64,000 nucleotides of DNA from Plasmodiophora brassicae (lineage: Eukaryota). A program made the position numbers and the translations under genes. The DNA lies in contig CP145416.1 in the NCBI GenBank assembly GCA_036867785.1, positions 1,302,001-1,366,000 of the forward strand, read 5' to 3'. Shown here piece by piece: positions 22,795 to 35,777 of the stretch. Position 1 is the stretch's first letter; each line of letters opens with the position of its first letter. A model generated the notes under the pieces. That model was not told where the DNA came from. It did not search any database and was given only the letters and a program-made list of their open reading frames with translations.

Positions 22795-23137
22795 TGCGGC
22801 ACATATCGGGCTTGTAGAGCACGGGCCCCCCCTTGACGAGCGCGCCTGCAGACGGCGAGCGACAATACATAGCCTTGGCATCGGCCTTGCATGGAATGGC
22901 ACAGCGTCAAGTCGGAATGAATGATAGTCGTCCAAAAGCGCAGGTCGGATCGCCTCCCCGGTTGCTGAAATGCTTTCCCGGATGAAGACTATCGGGGGCG
23001 TTTGAACACATCGCACCCTAGCAAGTTCCTCGTGAAGGTGGATTCGTTTATTTGACGAGTGTAATGTTCGACGACGCGATACGGATGACTGGTGTCTTTC
23101 TCTCAAGGTGCATTTGGACGGACGCACAGCCAGCCTG

Positions 23138-24617
23138 TCAGCGCTGGGTCATTGTGCTCCTGCGGTCCGCCGATTTCGTGGACTGCATGTTTGGCAGCGG
23201 GCCGATAGACGCGTCCCGCGTACTGGAACCGAAAACAACGCCGAGAGCCGTCTTCAGCCACTTGTGCACGAACGATGGCCGAGGTCGGAACGCCGCCATC
23301 TCGAACCCGATCTTGACGTAAGTCGAAACGCAGGCCACAAAGAAGGTCGACATAAAGATCGTGTAGTTGTCAACGGCGGCAGAGGCAACCCCAAAGAGAA
23401 GGACCAGCACCACCTGCACCATCCCAGCACGACCTGCGCGAACCACGACACTAGCGAAGTGCATCCGCTTCTTGTTCTCCGCTTTCCCAATAACGGTTTC
23501 GGACATGGTCATGAGCTTCTGCGACAGTTTCTTCCCGTTCAACGTAAAGTCAAAGTTGGTGTACAGGAACATGACCAAGTAGAAGAGGACAAGGTATTGT
23601 GTACTCGTCACGTTGGTCTCGATACACGCCGAGACGATCTGTTGGATTATGTCGCCGACGCAGAGGAGCACGACAAGGGCCCTGTGTTACCATGTCTAAA
23701 CTAATGCAAACGGGCACAAACGCCAAGTCGACGTCTTACCGAGTTGACAACGCGAGAAGGCGGAACCACTTTGCCCGTTTTTCGGCGTTCTCGTTCAACA
23801 TGTCGTTCAGCTGGAACGATAGGCAGGCCGTGCCCAAGACCTGGAACGGGGCGGATGCGGAATACAGGTACAGTTCAGGGCGCGCCTCAATGCATTGCAG
23901 GTCGCAAATGATCGCGTTGGCCGTGTAGATGACCTCGAGAATTGCCGAAATCATCGACGTCAACAGGACCATAATCGGATACCGCGGTGGACGACGGAAG
24001 CGCAGCTGCTCATCGAAGCAGAAGCAAACGATTAACACACTGGATATCAAGATGGTCACGAGGGCGCTAAGAAAGAACAGGATACCAAGGTAAAATGCTG
24101 CATTCGAGGGAGATGCCAGCACGCCTGCCGCCGGATTGGCATCCCCAGAAGCCATGACGATCAGTGCGTCCGGGTTGCTGCGAACCCGGTCGTACGTTGT
24201 TTCGGGTACCCGGTACGGCACCATGACAATAGGCACCTGCTTGAACGCGCTCGTGTACGCCAGGTACTGATGCGCTGTCGCGCCGTCCTGCGCGATCGTC
24301 CCGTGTGTGAACACGATGCCGAGGCATCCGGCTGAGACACACGACTGCGCCCAAAGGCGAGCGCTGATTCGAATGCGATAGTCGACGATGATGACGTGGT
24401 CGCGCGCGCCCTCCGACAGCACGTAATTGACCTGGTCGGCCTCAGGGACGATGAAAGTCGGCGCCATGACTCGGAACGACGCATTGCCGCAAGCGAAGTG
24501 GTACGCGGTGACGCTGTTGAGCACAACCTGTTTCGTATCGCTGCTGTTGACCAGCACGAAATCCGCATGGGCGATGGCAAACGTGCATAAGGCGACGATG
24601 ATAAAAGAGGGCGGCAT
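23138..24617 (-). CDS. Signal peptide + PA-like ectodomain + ~7 TM helices, copy 2, 2 exons
   Basis: Colinear paralog of 14904-16407 with the same intron position (~23683-23738). Confidence 0.7.
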
Positions 24618-24720
24618 GACTATGACGAGCCCGCCAGGCGGTCTACATAGGTGGTACGATCCCCCTAGTGAGGATCAGGGCCTGGTACCCCCATGAATTC
24701 GCTATCCGATCCAAGTACCG

Positions 24721-25671
24721 ATGCGCGTCGATGCCTGGGCGTTCCAGCAGAGCTACGACGACATGTACCAGGAGGTGTGTGCCGAGTCGTCGTTGCCCGA
24801 TTGCTGGACGTTTGCTGACACACTGTGTCAGGCCCATCGGAAGGTCGACGTGGGGCAATCCGCATTGCACGACGTCGACCACGCGGATAGGTTCCATCAG
24901 CTGCTGCGGCTGATCCTGGCGGTCGGCCACGTGCTGAACGGCGGCACGCCGAAAGGGCAAGCCTGTGGCTTCGGGCTGCCCGCCCTCCGGCAGCTGGTGT
25001 CTGTGAAGGCAACGGACATCTCGGGCAGCAGTCTCCTGCACATCATCGTTCGGCACGTGCAGCAGCACTCGCCCGGCGTGGGCACCTTCACACAGCAGTT
25101 GGCCAGTTTGGCGCGCGTAACCGCCTGCCCACCTGCACACACAAGCCTGTCGCCGATTCGCTGGCTGCGGCCGTAATCGAAACAGGCGTCACGTGTCGAC
25201 AGCGACCCATGCGTCGCCGAGTGCCGGGACCTGGTCCGTCAGATGAAGAACGTCGAGTCGCAGATCGCGGCGTTCGACGACACCCGATCCGGCACGGACA
25301 AGTTCAAGGACGTCATGTCGGCGTTCCTCGCGGCTAAGGCTCGCCAAGCCACAGCGTTGATGGAGCAGGTTGACGCGTTGCTGGCTGACGTCGGCCGCGT
25401 GTCGGCCTGGTATGGCGGGCCGCCAGGAAAGGCCACATGGGGCACCCTGTTCAAGACACTGCACGACTTCTCGGGATCGTACGTGCAGGCGGAGAGGTCT
25501 GTGGCCAAACCGACCGGCGGCGGGAAAGGGGCCCTCGGCCTGCCGCGTGCGTGTCTGGCACCCGTGGAGACCGACGTCGTCTATTACTACATCGCGACCA
25601 GTATTGGGGCCAAGGGCCGAAACGGGTTGTTGGAATGTATCGCACGGAATTCGACATCCTTCCAACGTTGA
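24721..25671 (+). pseudogene. 5'-truncated formin (C-terminal half of FH2 only)
   Basis: LLRLILAVGHVLNGGTPKGQACGFGLPALRQLVSVKA..SLLHII matches the FH2 GNxMN/GF region. No FH1 or N-terminal FH2 is present, and only ~100 nt separate it from the divergent 7TM gene. Confidence 0.7.
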
Positions 25672-26259
25672 CGTTGTTGAGCTGCCTGTTGTATTCGTAT
25701 TGAGGTCTACCAGGGCATGTCGCTGTTACGTCGGCTGAGACGATGCAACCCGCTGTGGACGCTGTCCGACGTCAGCGCGTTGTCGAACATGCGGCTGCAG
25801 GCTGCTTGTTCGACACGACGCATCATACTGCGACACGATCCAACTGGACCTGTTCATGATGTGGAGGAGGCCCTGTCAACAGGCCGGGTCGGGTCGTGTC
25901 GCAGCATGACGCGCCGCGAGCAATCTACAATACCACATCGAGTCGCGCGCACCACCACCATATTCAAGTGGTTAATTCGAAAGGCAAACGGGTACCCACG
26001 TCCACTTCCCAAACCCCGATATTCAACTTCGTCAAGAAGCCGCGTTTGGAGAACCAGCCAACCTTGGCACGTCCGGCGTGCATGCGGAACGTACGCAGAG
26101 CGCGGGCCAACGGGAGGATGCCCCCCGCTCCTCCTTTTGGGGGGGCCGTGGCCTGGCGGCGGTCCCGCCCAAGTCCAGCGGGCCCGACGCCGTCACAGGT
26201 ACCTCCTTGTGTCGAAAAATAATCCCCACTTCGTGATTGACGGGGTGCCGTCCCCCACC

Positions 26260-29200
26260 ATGTCGTCCGTCTCGGTCTCCCAGATGGTCGACAAGTGGGA
26301 AGCGGCGGCCGGCCCCGCATCGCCGCCTCCGGCAACGGACGAGGAGCTCGCGCCGCCCAGCATGCAGGCCGCCGCGCCGTCGCCGCTTGATGCCGACAGC
26401 TGCCGACAGTTGCTGAGGCGGATTGCGGTCCAGGCAGCGGAAACGGCACAGGCACGGTCGAGACGCTTGGACCTGGCGGACGGATCCGGGTCGCCTCGTG
26501 TCATTGCCGTTGTGTTCGAGCACCTGCTGGACAAGTACTACGAGGGCATCGCCAAGGTCTACGCGGCAACCACGGGCGCCGAGCCGGTTGCCCTCCCTGA
26601 CGCATGGGGCGGTTTCCTGCGCTCCCTGGAGTTCGAACCCGCCTGCTTCGCAGTGCTGCGGCAACTGGCCAAGGTCAATGCCGAAGACGTCGTCGCGACC
26701 GCGCTCCGGATCGAGTTCAAGGCGGACCACGATGCCAGCCCGCTCTTGCGTGAAGCCATGAGCGATCTGACGGACCGAGTTGCGGCACGCGTCATCTCGG
26801 CCAGCCTGACGTCGACAAAGACAATGTCGTCGCACAGGTCAGCATACGCAACACGACATGCCATGCCTGTTCTGCGCTGACTCCTGAACGGGCAGCGTCG
26901 GAAGCCTACTGGATCGTGCAATTGCGGCTTATAGGACAGAACCGACATATGCTGACGACTGGGCGAAGGCAATTGGCATCATATCGGTCGACCACTTGGA
27001 CGCTGTGCTGTCGGCATTCAAGACGGAGTTCCAGCGGCACGAATCAAAATCATCAATCGGACCGCAGGCAGCTGAGGCGCTTGCAATGATGACATATGTA
27101 CGCGTAGTACTTGCGGGACTTACCGAAGAGGAGAACCGCACGCGCATCGTCAAAGTGCTGAACATTCATCGAGGTAAGACGCAGCAGCTGTCGTGAGGTT
27201 CTACGCAAATGACCGTCGATCCGTTTCAAAGACATATTTGCCAACAAGAAGCTGAAAGGAGTGCCTCCGGTTTCTGTCGCTCAGTTAACCGTTCTCGATG
27301 TCGCCCTGCGGCAGTGGGGATACCAGTCGCCGTTGGCGCCCGAGACGCTGGAGTGTCTGTATCGACGTGCGGAGAAGTTGTCACACACGCCGCAGTGCAA
27401 GGCACCAGCTCTGAAGCTCATGGCGACCATCTTGGAACGCAGCCAGCAGGACGTGTACCTGCGTCAGTTTGAGCCGTTCCTCCGCAAACGGGTCCTTCGC
27501 CATGTCGATAACCCGCGTAAGGTCGCGCACTGCCTGCGCATTCTGCTTCGCGTCCTTCGGGGACCCTACCAGTCGCCTGTTCATTACCATGGTACTCTCG
27601 CCGTCCATTGATGTGAGACCGGGGACTGACCTCCCTGTACGGTGCACGTAGCTTCAGATGCTACTGCCGCAAACAGTATCGGCGTGCATCCCCGCTCCGA
27701 CGATAGTAGTTTCCACCCGTACGCCTGCACGATGCGCGAAGAGTTGCAATCTTCAATTGTGGCACTCGTTACATCCTCCCTGTTCAACAAGAAGGTGCTG
27801 CAATTGGCGTGGCCTCGATACCAGATGGAGCTGGTGGAAATCGTCATGCAACTTGCTTGCATCGACGTGGACTGGGTTATCGAACGTATCGTCCTTAACC
27901 TGCTGTCTTTGAAACGATTTCCAAGCGCACACCTGTTGGCATTCGCAGTTACCAGGCGGCTTGCTGACCACACGGGGCCCTTCCAGAAATTTCACCGGCG
28001 GTCTGTTGACACGGGCATGCTTCGTACCCTTACCGACCGCATCGAAACCATGCTTGGCAAGGCCCTTGGTGATATTCCGTACGAACAGTCACGCGAACCT
28101 CTTCAAATCGTTGCGATCCCATCATCGATCCGCGCTGCTGATTTACAATGCGGGACAGGTGCTGCCCAATTGGACACTGACTACGAGGGCAGCGCTCATG
28201 GCACAAACCTCGATGCTTACGACGCCGATGGCGATTCTGACGATAGGAGCCTGGATGGGTCGCCATACCGTTCCACCAGCTACAGCTACAGCACAGCAAC
28301 GTTCACGCTTCGCATGCAGTCTGGAGGCGAATTTCCGTTCTTGCAAACGGTCGCCCCAGCAGATGCTCAAACAGTCGGAAGTCCTGGTCTCGGCATGCGT
28401 CGCCGTAGTGCTCCTACGATTGGCGTGGCGCCTTCAATGCTGGGCAGGTAGACGTCCGTTTGAACATTGTGACCTTGCACGGTCTTACGGTTTGCTGTAG
28501 ACGCAATTCAGTACCAGCGTTGGGTGATACTGCGAATCCTACAAGCCATGGAGTAAGCCCAAAGCAAGCAAACCTACTGCAGCTGGCAGAGTCTGCCATG
28601 AAAGCAGTTGCAACGTTGCCATCAGAGGCCAGCTGTATCAATGCGGAAAGTGCGACCTACATTCCTCGTTGGATACTGCACTCTTCAGCTTCGTTGGCTC
28701 TTTGCGCGTCATCTGCTATGCAGGAGATGTGCGCACACTGTTCCAGCGAGTGGTTCCCAGCCATCACCGAGTCTTGTGCGGGCTACTTGGCGAACTCGAT
28801 TGAACGACACGACATATCGTCGGTAACAACGCTGCTGCTGCAGTTGGCAGCAAACGTCGAGTGCTGGTCATGCAAGGAGAGAACAGAGAGTATATCCACC
28901 AGCGATTTCAAGGCATTACAGACGCTCGATGCGACTGCGTTGGCATATCTGGCGCACGAATCTGCGGTCGTTCGTCGCGGAGCTTATCGATTGTTAACTG
29001 CCAACCAACATGCTTATGAAGGAGTCGGTACCTCCGGAAAGACTTGGTGCCTCGGCTCCCATATCGAGCAGAACGGTTTGTACCAATCAGTAGCCCAGAA
29101 TGCGATCCTCCTGACTAATAGTTCGTTTCAGATGCGAACCTTGGAGCCTCAGCTGCATTGCTCTTGTTTGATTATCACAAATCGCAGTATCCTGGGGAAG

Positions 29201-32200
29201 TAACATCTCCTGCATTTACTCCCAAGCTGACCGATATTCTACTTGAGGATTCAATTGGCGCCGAAGCCATTGCGGCAGGGCTAGCATCTTTGATTAACAA
29301 TGTGGCCCTAAATGCCGACGCTCTACCGATTCTCGAGCAGGCGCAATCCATCGTGGAAGCTTATTTGTCGAGACTCCTCGTGGGCGAATCTGTCAATCTG
29401 GCCGAGACTGTTTCTCTGTCCATCGTTGTTCTGCTGTCCATCCGACCGAAAGCCGAACTTGCACTTAACGATACTTTTCTCAACATGTGGAAATGCCTGC
29501 TTGCAATGGACGACGCGCCTAACCAGGTACGCATTACTGAATCGCGCCCATCATATCTGCTTACTGACCCTGATTGCGGCGTTCGCCAGAACGTCATCGA
29601 CTTCGCGTTATGTGCTGCGCACGTAGACCACTTAGCACTTCTTCTTCTGACTCTTAATCGTGAGTTAAAGTCAGCTCCTTGTCCGGTACCTGGATCCAAT
29701 TGTGCTAACAGAGGCCCGTGCTGTACATACGCCATCGTCGACCAAGCAGCCGACACGGAGCCGGAAACATCAGCAGCAACAGTCGCCTGATCGTGCCTGT
29801 GTCGACAGGGCATGGGCACACTACCTCGTGGCACTGAGCACGCCGCAACGACTTCGCCATGCCTTCGCGAAATCACCACGTGTGCGGTCACTGTTCCTTG
29901 ACTTATGCAGGTTCGGCATTACCAGGTAGGATTGCTTGAGCGCGTTAAAATCTACTCCAGCTGTATTGAATCGTGTCTCTGAAGATCGGCAGTGAAGTGG
30001 GCACGGCATCCTTCCCATCTTTCAGCTCGTGCCCAATTCCTCGACAATGTTTGCTTTGCCCTCCGCCGCCGCCACAAATACGAAGGCGGTGAGTTCCCCC
30101 ATGTGTCGCGTTTCCTTATGGGTTGCTAAATGAGCTGCTAGTGGATTTCTCAGGGCCATTCCTTGAAGCTGATTTACCCGAATGGATACAAGAGGATCGC
30201 GCGTTGACACTAGTCGAGCTGAGGGCCTGGACCGAGTGCGGCGAAGTGACGTCCCCAAACGCCGAAGACCTGCTGTCGTTCATCAAGACGCAGTGGTCAA
30301 TGTCAATTGAGGAGAGCCTAGCGAAAGACAAGTCCCGTCGAGGTATTTCCGACAAGGAAAGGGCTGCGAAACTTGTCGAGTCGCAAGCCCACATGAACAA
30401 AAAGGTTCAATGTCTTGAGACTTCAGTCAGTCGTCTGATGTTGTCGATTAGTTACCGAAAGCTCTTCTGGACATGCGAACAAGGGCTTTCTGGTGCGCAT
30501 CCCGCTTGCTGAGTCTCGGCCCTACACTGTCCGGCGAGCAAGTCGATGAAGGCAGGTGGTCGTTGGCACCGCTGTCCTTCGTACGGACGACAACAGTGGC
30601 TTCAGGCGGATGGGTGGATTGGGCGTTGCGCGGGGAGGCACTTGGAGTACCAATCCTTCAGATGTTTTTATGCTTCCACTGGCATGAAATGAGAAAGCTG
30701 CTTGATCGCTTGTACGTGCGGGGCTAGGCATTCTGTTTCTGCGGTCAATAACGTGCGTTCAGGTACTGGGCCAGTAGTCAAAAGGACCCCCTTGCTCGAA
30801 ATTTGTTTGCTGGGTGCGCTTCCCAAATTGTTCCAGTCTTGTTCGGCCTCTCTGCAGCTATGCAGCGTCATGAGCTAGAAGATTGCGTCCCGTTAACTGA
30901 TGGCGACGTCCTCGAGCAGAATCAAAAGCGGCCACTGATCCACGAGATTCTCGCACCGCTGCTTGTGTGCGCCATTTTCCATCTGGGCAGGTCAGCGATG
31001 CGTAATGATTGCGCTGCTAGATGCGTTTGACGTTGGTTTCGGTCAGTCCGTCCCGTGACGTTTCGCAGACCGCTGCGTCAATGCTGGCTCGCCTATGTGA
31101 CACTCTAGTCCCCAAGTCATCCACAGCGGAACAGGTATGAATCGCATTGGATAGAAGGCATGCGGGTTCGTGATTGCCGTTTGCAGACGAAAGCCCTCGC
31201 AATGCTCCGGACACATCATCCTGACTTGCAAAGCCAGATCGTCTCCATTCGTTGCAAGAACGCAATGTTCATCGCGAGGGCGGTTGCCGACTTATGCCAT
31301 GTCGATGTAATCGCGTTGATTCTTCAAGAAGCCGTCCTTCGTTGGGGACAGTTCCACAACAAGCAATGGCAACAGAAGCAGTGGCTTTGCGAGGCCTTCG
31401 AACCGTTCTTCCTCGCTTTACCGCTGCGTCAGTTCGCATCAATCGCCGGTGAGGAAGCAGCACAGTTGCTCCTGGAAGTAAGCCCCCACATATGCATGCT
31501 TGTAAGGTCTGTATCTGAAACGGATAACCACAGGATATGGTGAACGTCACTCGGTCGCTTGTCCGCGATGATTCGCCCGCACTTCAAGCGCTCCTCAACA
31601 TCTGGCAAAGCATTGCTGGCGCTCGTGCCGATCCACATCGCAACGGGAACGTTAGGGAGATCTGCGAATTCCTGTTGGACCAGTCTGCCCGCTTTCTTGA
31701 CGATGAACGGTACAGCGATTATATCGAAGCGGCCAGGCTTATTGCCGTTGAGCTTCATCGGCATTCGTCGCTGGCGGTTCTCGATTGCCTCCTGCAACGA
31801 TTTGAAACCTTGGACGTGTCGTTGCAGGCGCAGTCGGATCCTGTTGCAGCATTGCGAACTCCATGCACGTTGTTGTCTGCCATCATTGGATCACGCTTTC
31901 AAACGTGCCGGGCTCGACTACCTGCTATCCTGCAGCACATTTTTGTCTGGCTCCCTTTCCCAGGATCACCATGTAGTGAGGTACCGCCATGCTCATGTCT
32001 CGTCAATGGGTCGTGTTCTGAATCTGCTCACATAGGTGCTTCACGACATTCTGCACTTTCTCCGCCATTCCGATCCAGGCACGTTGACGGGACTGATCCG
32101 TCCCATCCCATGCCTTCAAGGCGTCCAGTTCCAATGGAGCGGCACATCTTTGTGGGAAACGCAGGCACCTAATGATGCCATTGACGATGCGGCAATTCTC

Positions 32201-34282
32201 AAGTTGTTCGACCAAATTGCTCAGTGCACTGCAGCAATTGAGGACTCGTCATTCATCGTTCCGGTCGATTTCGTCTGCAACGTCGTGAAGCGATGGGCCG
32301 GGCCCGCCATCGCGCGGGAGTGGTCCCAGTGTATGCTTCGGTTCGCTTCTGGATCAGCACGTCCTGATCTGTCTTTAACTGCCCTACGCACCCTGACCGT
32401 TGTGTTACCGTACCCAGACCTCTCCACGGTTTCGACTCTGGGCCGCCTGCTGACCACGGCAATCACCGCTGGCAATGCTTCAACCGTCAGACAGATTCTG
32501 GCCATCTACTCGCGTCTCCTTACTCTCATCGTTTCGCTTCAAACAACGTACGATGTGTTCCGAGTCCTCATGCATCTCTTCTACCAAAGCAGCGCACTGC
32601 TATCATGGAGTGATGGTCCATCCGATTGCTATTTCGGCGCGTTGCGACTGACTCAGGCCCTGCTGTCCAATCCGTGTCTGGGACGAATCATACAGTCCTT
32701 CTCTGTGGACATTTCGTCCAAGAAGACGTCGTCGACCCACTTGACAGTCGACCTTCTGCAGACACAGTTCGCTCAGGTGGGCGCTGCGATCTGTCCGGTA
32801 CCATTCCCTGGATTGCAACCCATTCTCTGCGGCGCATGGAATCAGTACTCCAAGGAACCGCGCTGCCTGGACATCGTTCTTGAACTGTTAGCCTCGTTCT
32901 GGACAATTCCATGCAACTCTGTTGTCGACGTTCACGGCAGCGGTACCCGCGCCCTTGTTAACATTGTATCCGTTATACCCTGGCTGCACTCGCAGACGCT
33001 ATCGCCTACTGAGAACTCGAAGTCATCTTCTTATTGCCTTCGTTTAGCGCAGGCAATCGACGACTCCCACGTACAGTGGCAATTCGCCGAGGTCGCTGAC
33101 TCTCTCCGACTATACGCCCAGTCACCACGATTTCAGGTACCTTGTTATGAATGCGGTCATAGGTTGGCGCTCGGCTAAGGTTCGACCTTGACAGGCTCAA
33201 GCGCTGGCTTCCATCGCCAGCTTGCTATCCGACGCCTTCTTCCCTCGTCAGGCGAAGGCGTGCGCCGACGCCCTCCGTCGGGTTATGAACGCCGACGCCG
33301 TGGCATGCCTTCACGTTGCTGCACTGTTCCTGGACAAATCGCCCCGCGTCGATCGTACCGTCCTTCTGGCGTTCGAGCCCCTGCTTGAGCAAGCCGTCGG
33401 ACTCCTTTCCAGGGCGTACGGTGATTCGAAGCTCAGCGATGCCGTTTCCCATTTGCTGCACGTCGCCTGCGTCGTAGCCAATGACGTTGACGGGAACCCG
33501 GGCAGCCAGCCCCAGATTTCGACGCCAACTCATGACGCAGATACCATAACGCCCGCTATCACGACCCCGGCCGTTGCAGCATTGCTCAGCCTTGTAGCAG
33601 ACCCAACTGGTATTTGTCGGCACCGTAATCGCTGCTGGTCCTCTGAATGATGTCGTATCCAGGCGTGTTCGGCGCTACACCACCGTACGCCGGCCAGTCG
33701 CTACCGACTCTGTCGTCGAGTGAGGGCGCGGCCGCATCGTCGCCGGTGAAGCTGAAACACACCCGGATTGTGCTTCGAGAAGAACCGAGTGAAGACGGTA
33801 CGCGGGCGGAAGGTGCCGCGGCTGTCCAGTGCACTCTGGCGAACCTGCTCGACAAGCCTCATCTGAACCAACAGTTTCGCAAGTAGGACGCGCAATAACG
33901 GCCCCGACGCCGGGTGACCCTGATCTGATGTCCACACAGGTACGTTGCCGCCCATGGCGACGCCCGTGGGCTTGTATTCTACGAAGTCGTCATGACGGAA
34001 TTCTGCCCGGCCGTGACGCACACCGAGGCGGCGCGCCGAGTCGCGTGGCAGATTGCGAATCGGTTCCTCGTCGACGGAGCCCCCGAACGAATCGACATCA
34101 ACGCCCTGACAAGGAACGAGGTTCTCGAACAGCTGCGCAATGAGGGGCAGCGCATATCACCGACAATCTTCAACCGCGCTGTTCAAGACGTCAAGAACGA
34201 CCTCGTCGCCTGCTACACGATGTTTTGTGATTCACCAGACTGCGAGCGCATGATTCGCTCAGGGCAACTCATCGCCCCTTGA
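26260..34282 (+). CDS. Giant helical-repeat protein (Furry/Tao3/Mor2-like) with a C-terminal RGS domain, many exons
   Basis: Chain of + strand ORFs separated by short introns, with Leu-rich ARM/HEAT-like content. The last exons read TLANLLDKPHLNQQFRKYVAAHGDARGLVFYE...AWQIANRFLVDGAPERIDIN...SPTIFNRAVQDVKNDL..YTMFCDS (RGS). The Furry assignment is tentative; the RGS call is strong. Confidence 0.7.
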
Positions 34283-35010
34283 GACCAGTCATCAGCGCGC
34301 GCCCGTGTCAACATCGTAGTTGGAGAATACAAGGCCTGCGTCCATTGGACCATTGTACAAAGCCCGAATGGATGCAATGAGCGGACAGCACGTCATTGAG
34401 CAGGTCGCCTCGCCAGGATGCAACCGCCCTCCGGTAGGCCTGCGGCCACGAATTGCATTCGGGACTTGGAGTTGGGTTGAAAGTGCCCAGCGCAAGCGAC
34501 TCCAAACATGGCGTTCAGGAAGGTATGGGTACCATATCGTTTCCCGCTTACCACGCCGACAAGACGCCAACCGAAGCTCTTGACAGATTGCCGCCGTGCT
34601 CAGGGCCGGGTACGTCTGCACCGTTTCGTGGATTCTCCAACACGCAAGCAGGATCTGGAATCGTATAGTCCAGATATTTCGATTGGGCCAGGGCAGATAT
34701 CGGGTGAGTTTCAATAGCGCGCTCGTACCTTTATAAGGGCAGCGGCAGCACCACCGGCAAGGTCGGGCGGCGCCCCAGTGGGAGGTGGCCGCTGCCGGGC
34801 TGGCGGTCGTAAGTTGTTTGGGGGGACGGCTGCGAAAAGTGCGCGCGGAAGTGCAGTGTCCACGGACTTTTTTGGGGCTCGCCGTTCATTGTCGGAAGCG
34901 ATCTCAGCCAGTCAGCTGCGTGGCATTGCCGTTGGCGGCTACGATAGCGCGCACAGCCCCATACCCGTTGTGGCACACTTGCGTATACGCGCGTACCGCC
35001 GCCGACAAAC

Positions 35011-35652
35011 ATGTCCTGCGCCCCGTACACAGGGCCGGATGGCGCCAGCTGCCACCAGTGCAAGTCCAGGCGCCGCCTCACCGACCTCTACTTCTGCTGC
35101 TTCATGCCGTCGAAGACGCGGACGTGCCGGAAGAAGTTCTGCAAGCTGTGTCTCGACAAATTCTACGACAATGCCAAGCCGTTGAAGGGCGACGAGCTCA
35201 TGTGGACCTGCCCGTCGTGCGCTGGCAAGTGCACGTGCGCGTCCTGCCAACGTGGCGCCGACGGTAACGGCAGCGCGCCACGACGCCGCACGTCCAGCGA
35301 GATCGACCTGGAGATCTCGCGCGACAACATCATTAACGGCAAGACGAACGCCCTGGGCACCGTGTTCGAGAACGACGCCCGGCAGCTGCTCATGACGCTG
35401 ACGTCGTTGCCGGGCGTCCGGGCGCGGATCAACCAGTTCGTGGCGCTGAAGGGCGTCGACGACCAGAGCAAGATCGAGGCGATCGCGTCGTTGCTGAACC
35501 ATGGCGCGTTCCCGACCCCGCTCGGCGACCGGCAGGCGCAATTCCACATGCCGCCGGGCACGGACACCATCGTGGGATGCGACGACGGCGTCGTCGGCGT
35601 CCCCAGCGTGCCCGTGGCCGATCCCGATGACTCGCCGTTCAGTTTCCAGTAG
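35011..35652 (+). CDS. zf-4CXXC_R1 (CDCA7/JMJ-type RING-like) zinc-finger protein, intronless
   Basis: SCHQCKSR..CC..CRKKFCKLCLDKFY..WTCPSCAGKCTCASCQR. Confidence 0.85.
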   Translation: MSCAPYTGPDGASCHQCKSRRRLTDLYFCCFMPSKTRTCRKKFCKLCLDKFYDNAKPLKGDELMWTCPSCAGKCTCASCQRGADGNGSAPRRRTSSEIDLEISRDNIINGKTNALGTVFENDARQLLMTLTSLPGVRARINQFVALKGVDDQSKIEAIASLLNHGAFPTPLGDRQAQFHMPPGTDTIVGCDDGVVGVPSVPVADPDDSPFSFQ

Positions 35653-35777
35653 CACACGGTGGTACCCCTCATATGTTGCATCGTCTAATACAGATTTGCA
35701 GTAAGGGCAACCGGCGCGCTGGTGTAGTCGGATGTCAATCGCTGCCGGCAACGCGCTCCAGTGCTCCACTCCGGCAT

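Noticed and set aside
9250-34282. RhoGEF, 7TM, formin and RGS genes as a G-protein signalling cluster
   Set aside because: These are large families interspersed with unrelated genes, and there is no evidence of co-regulation.
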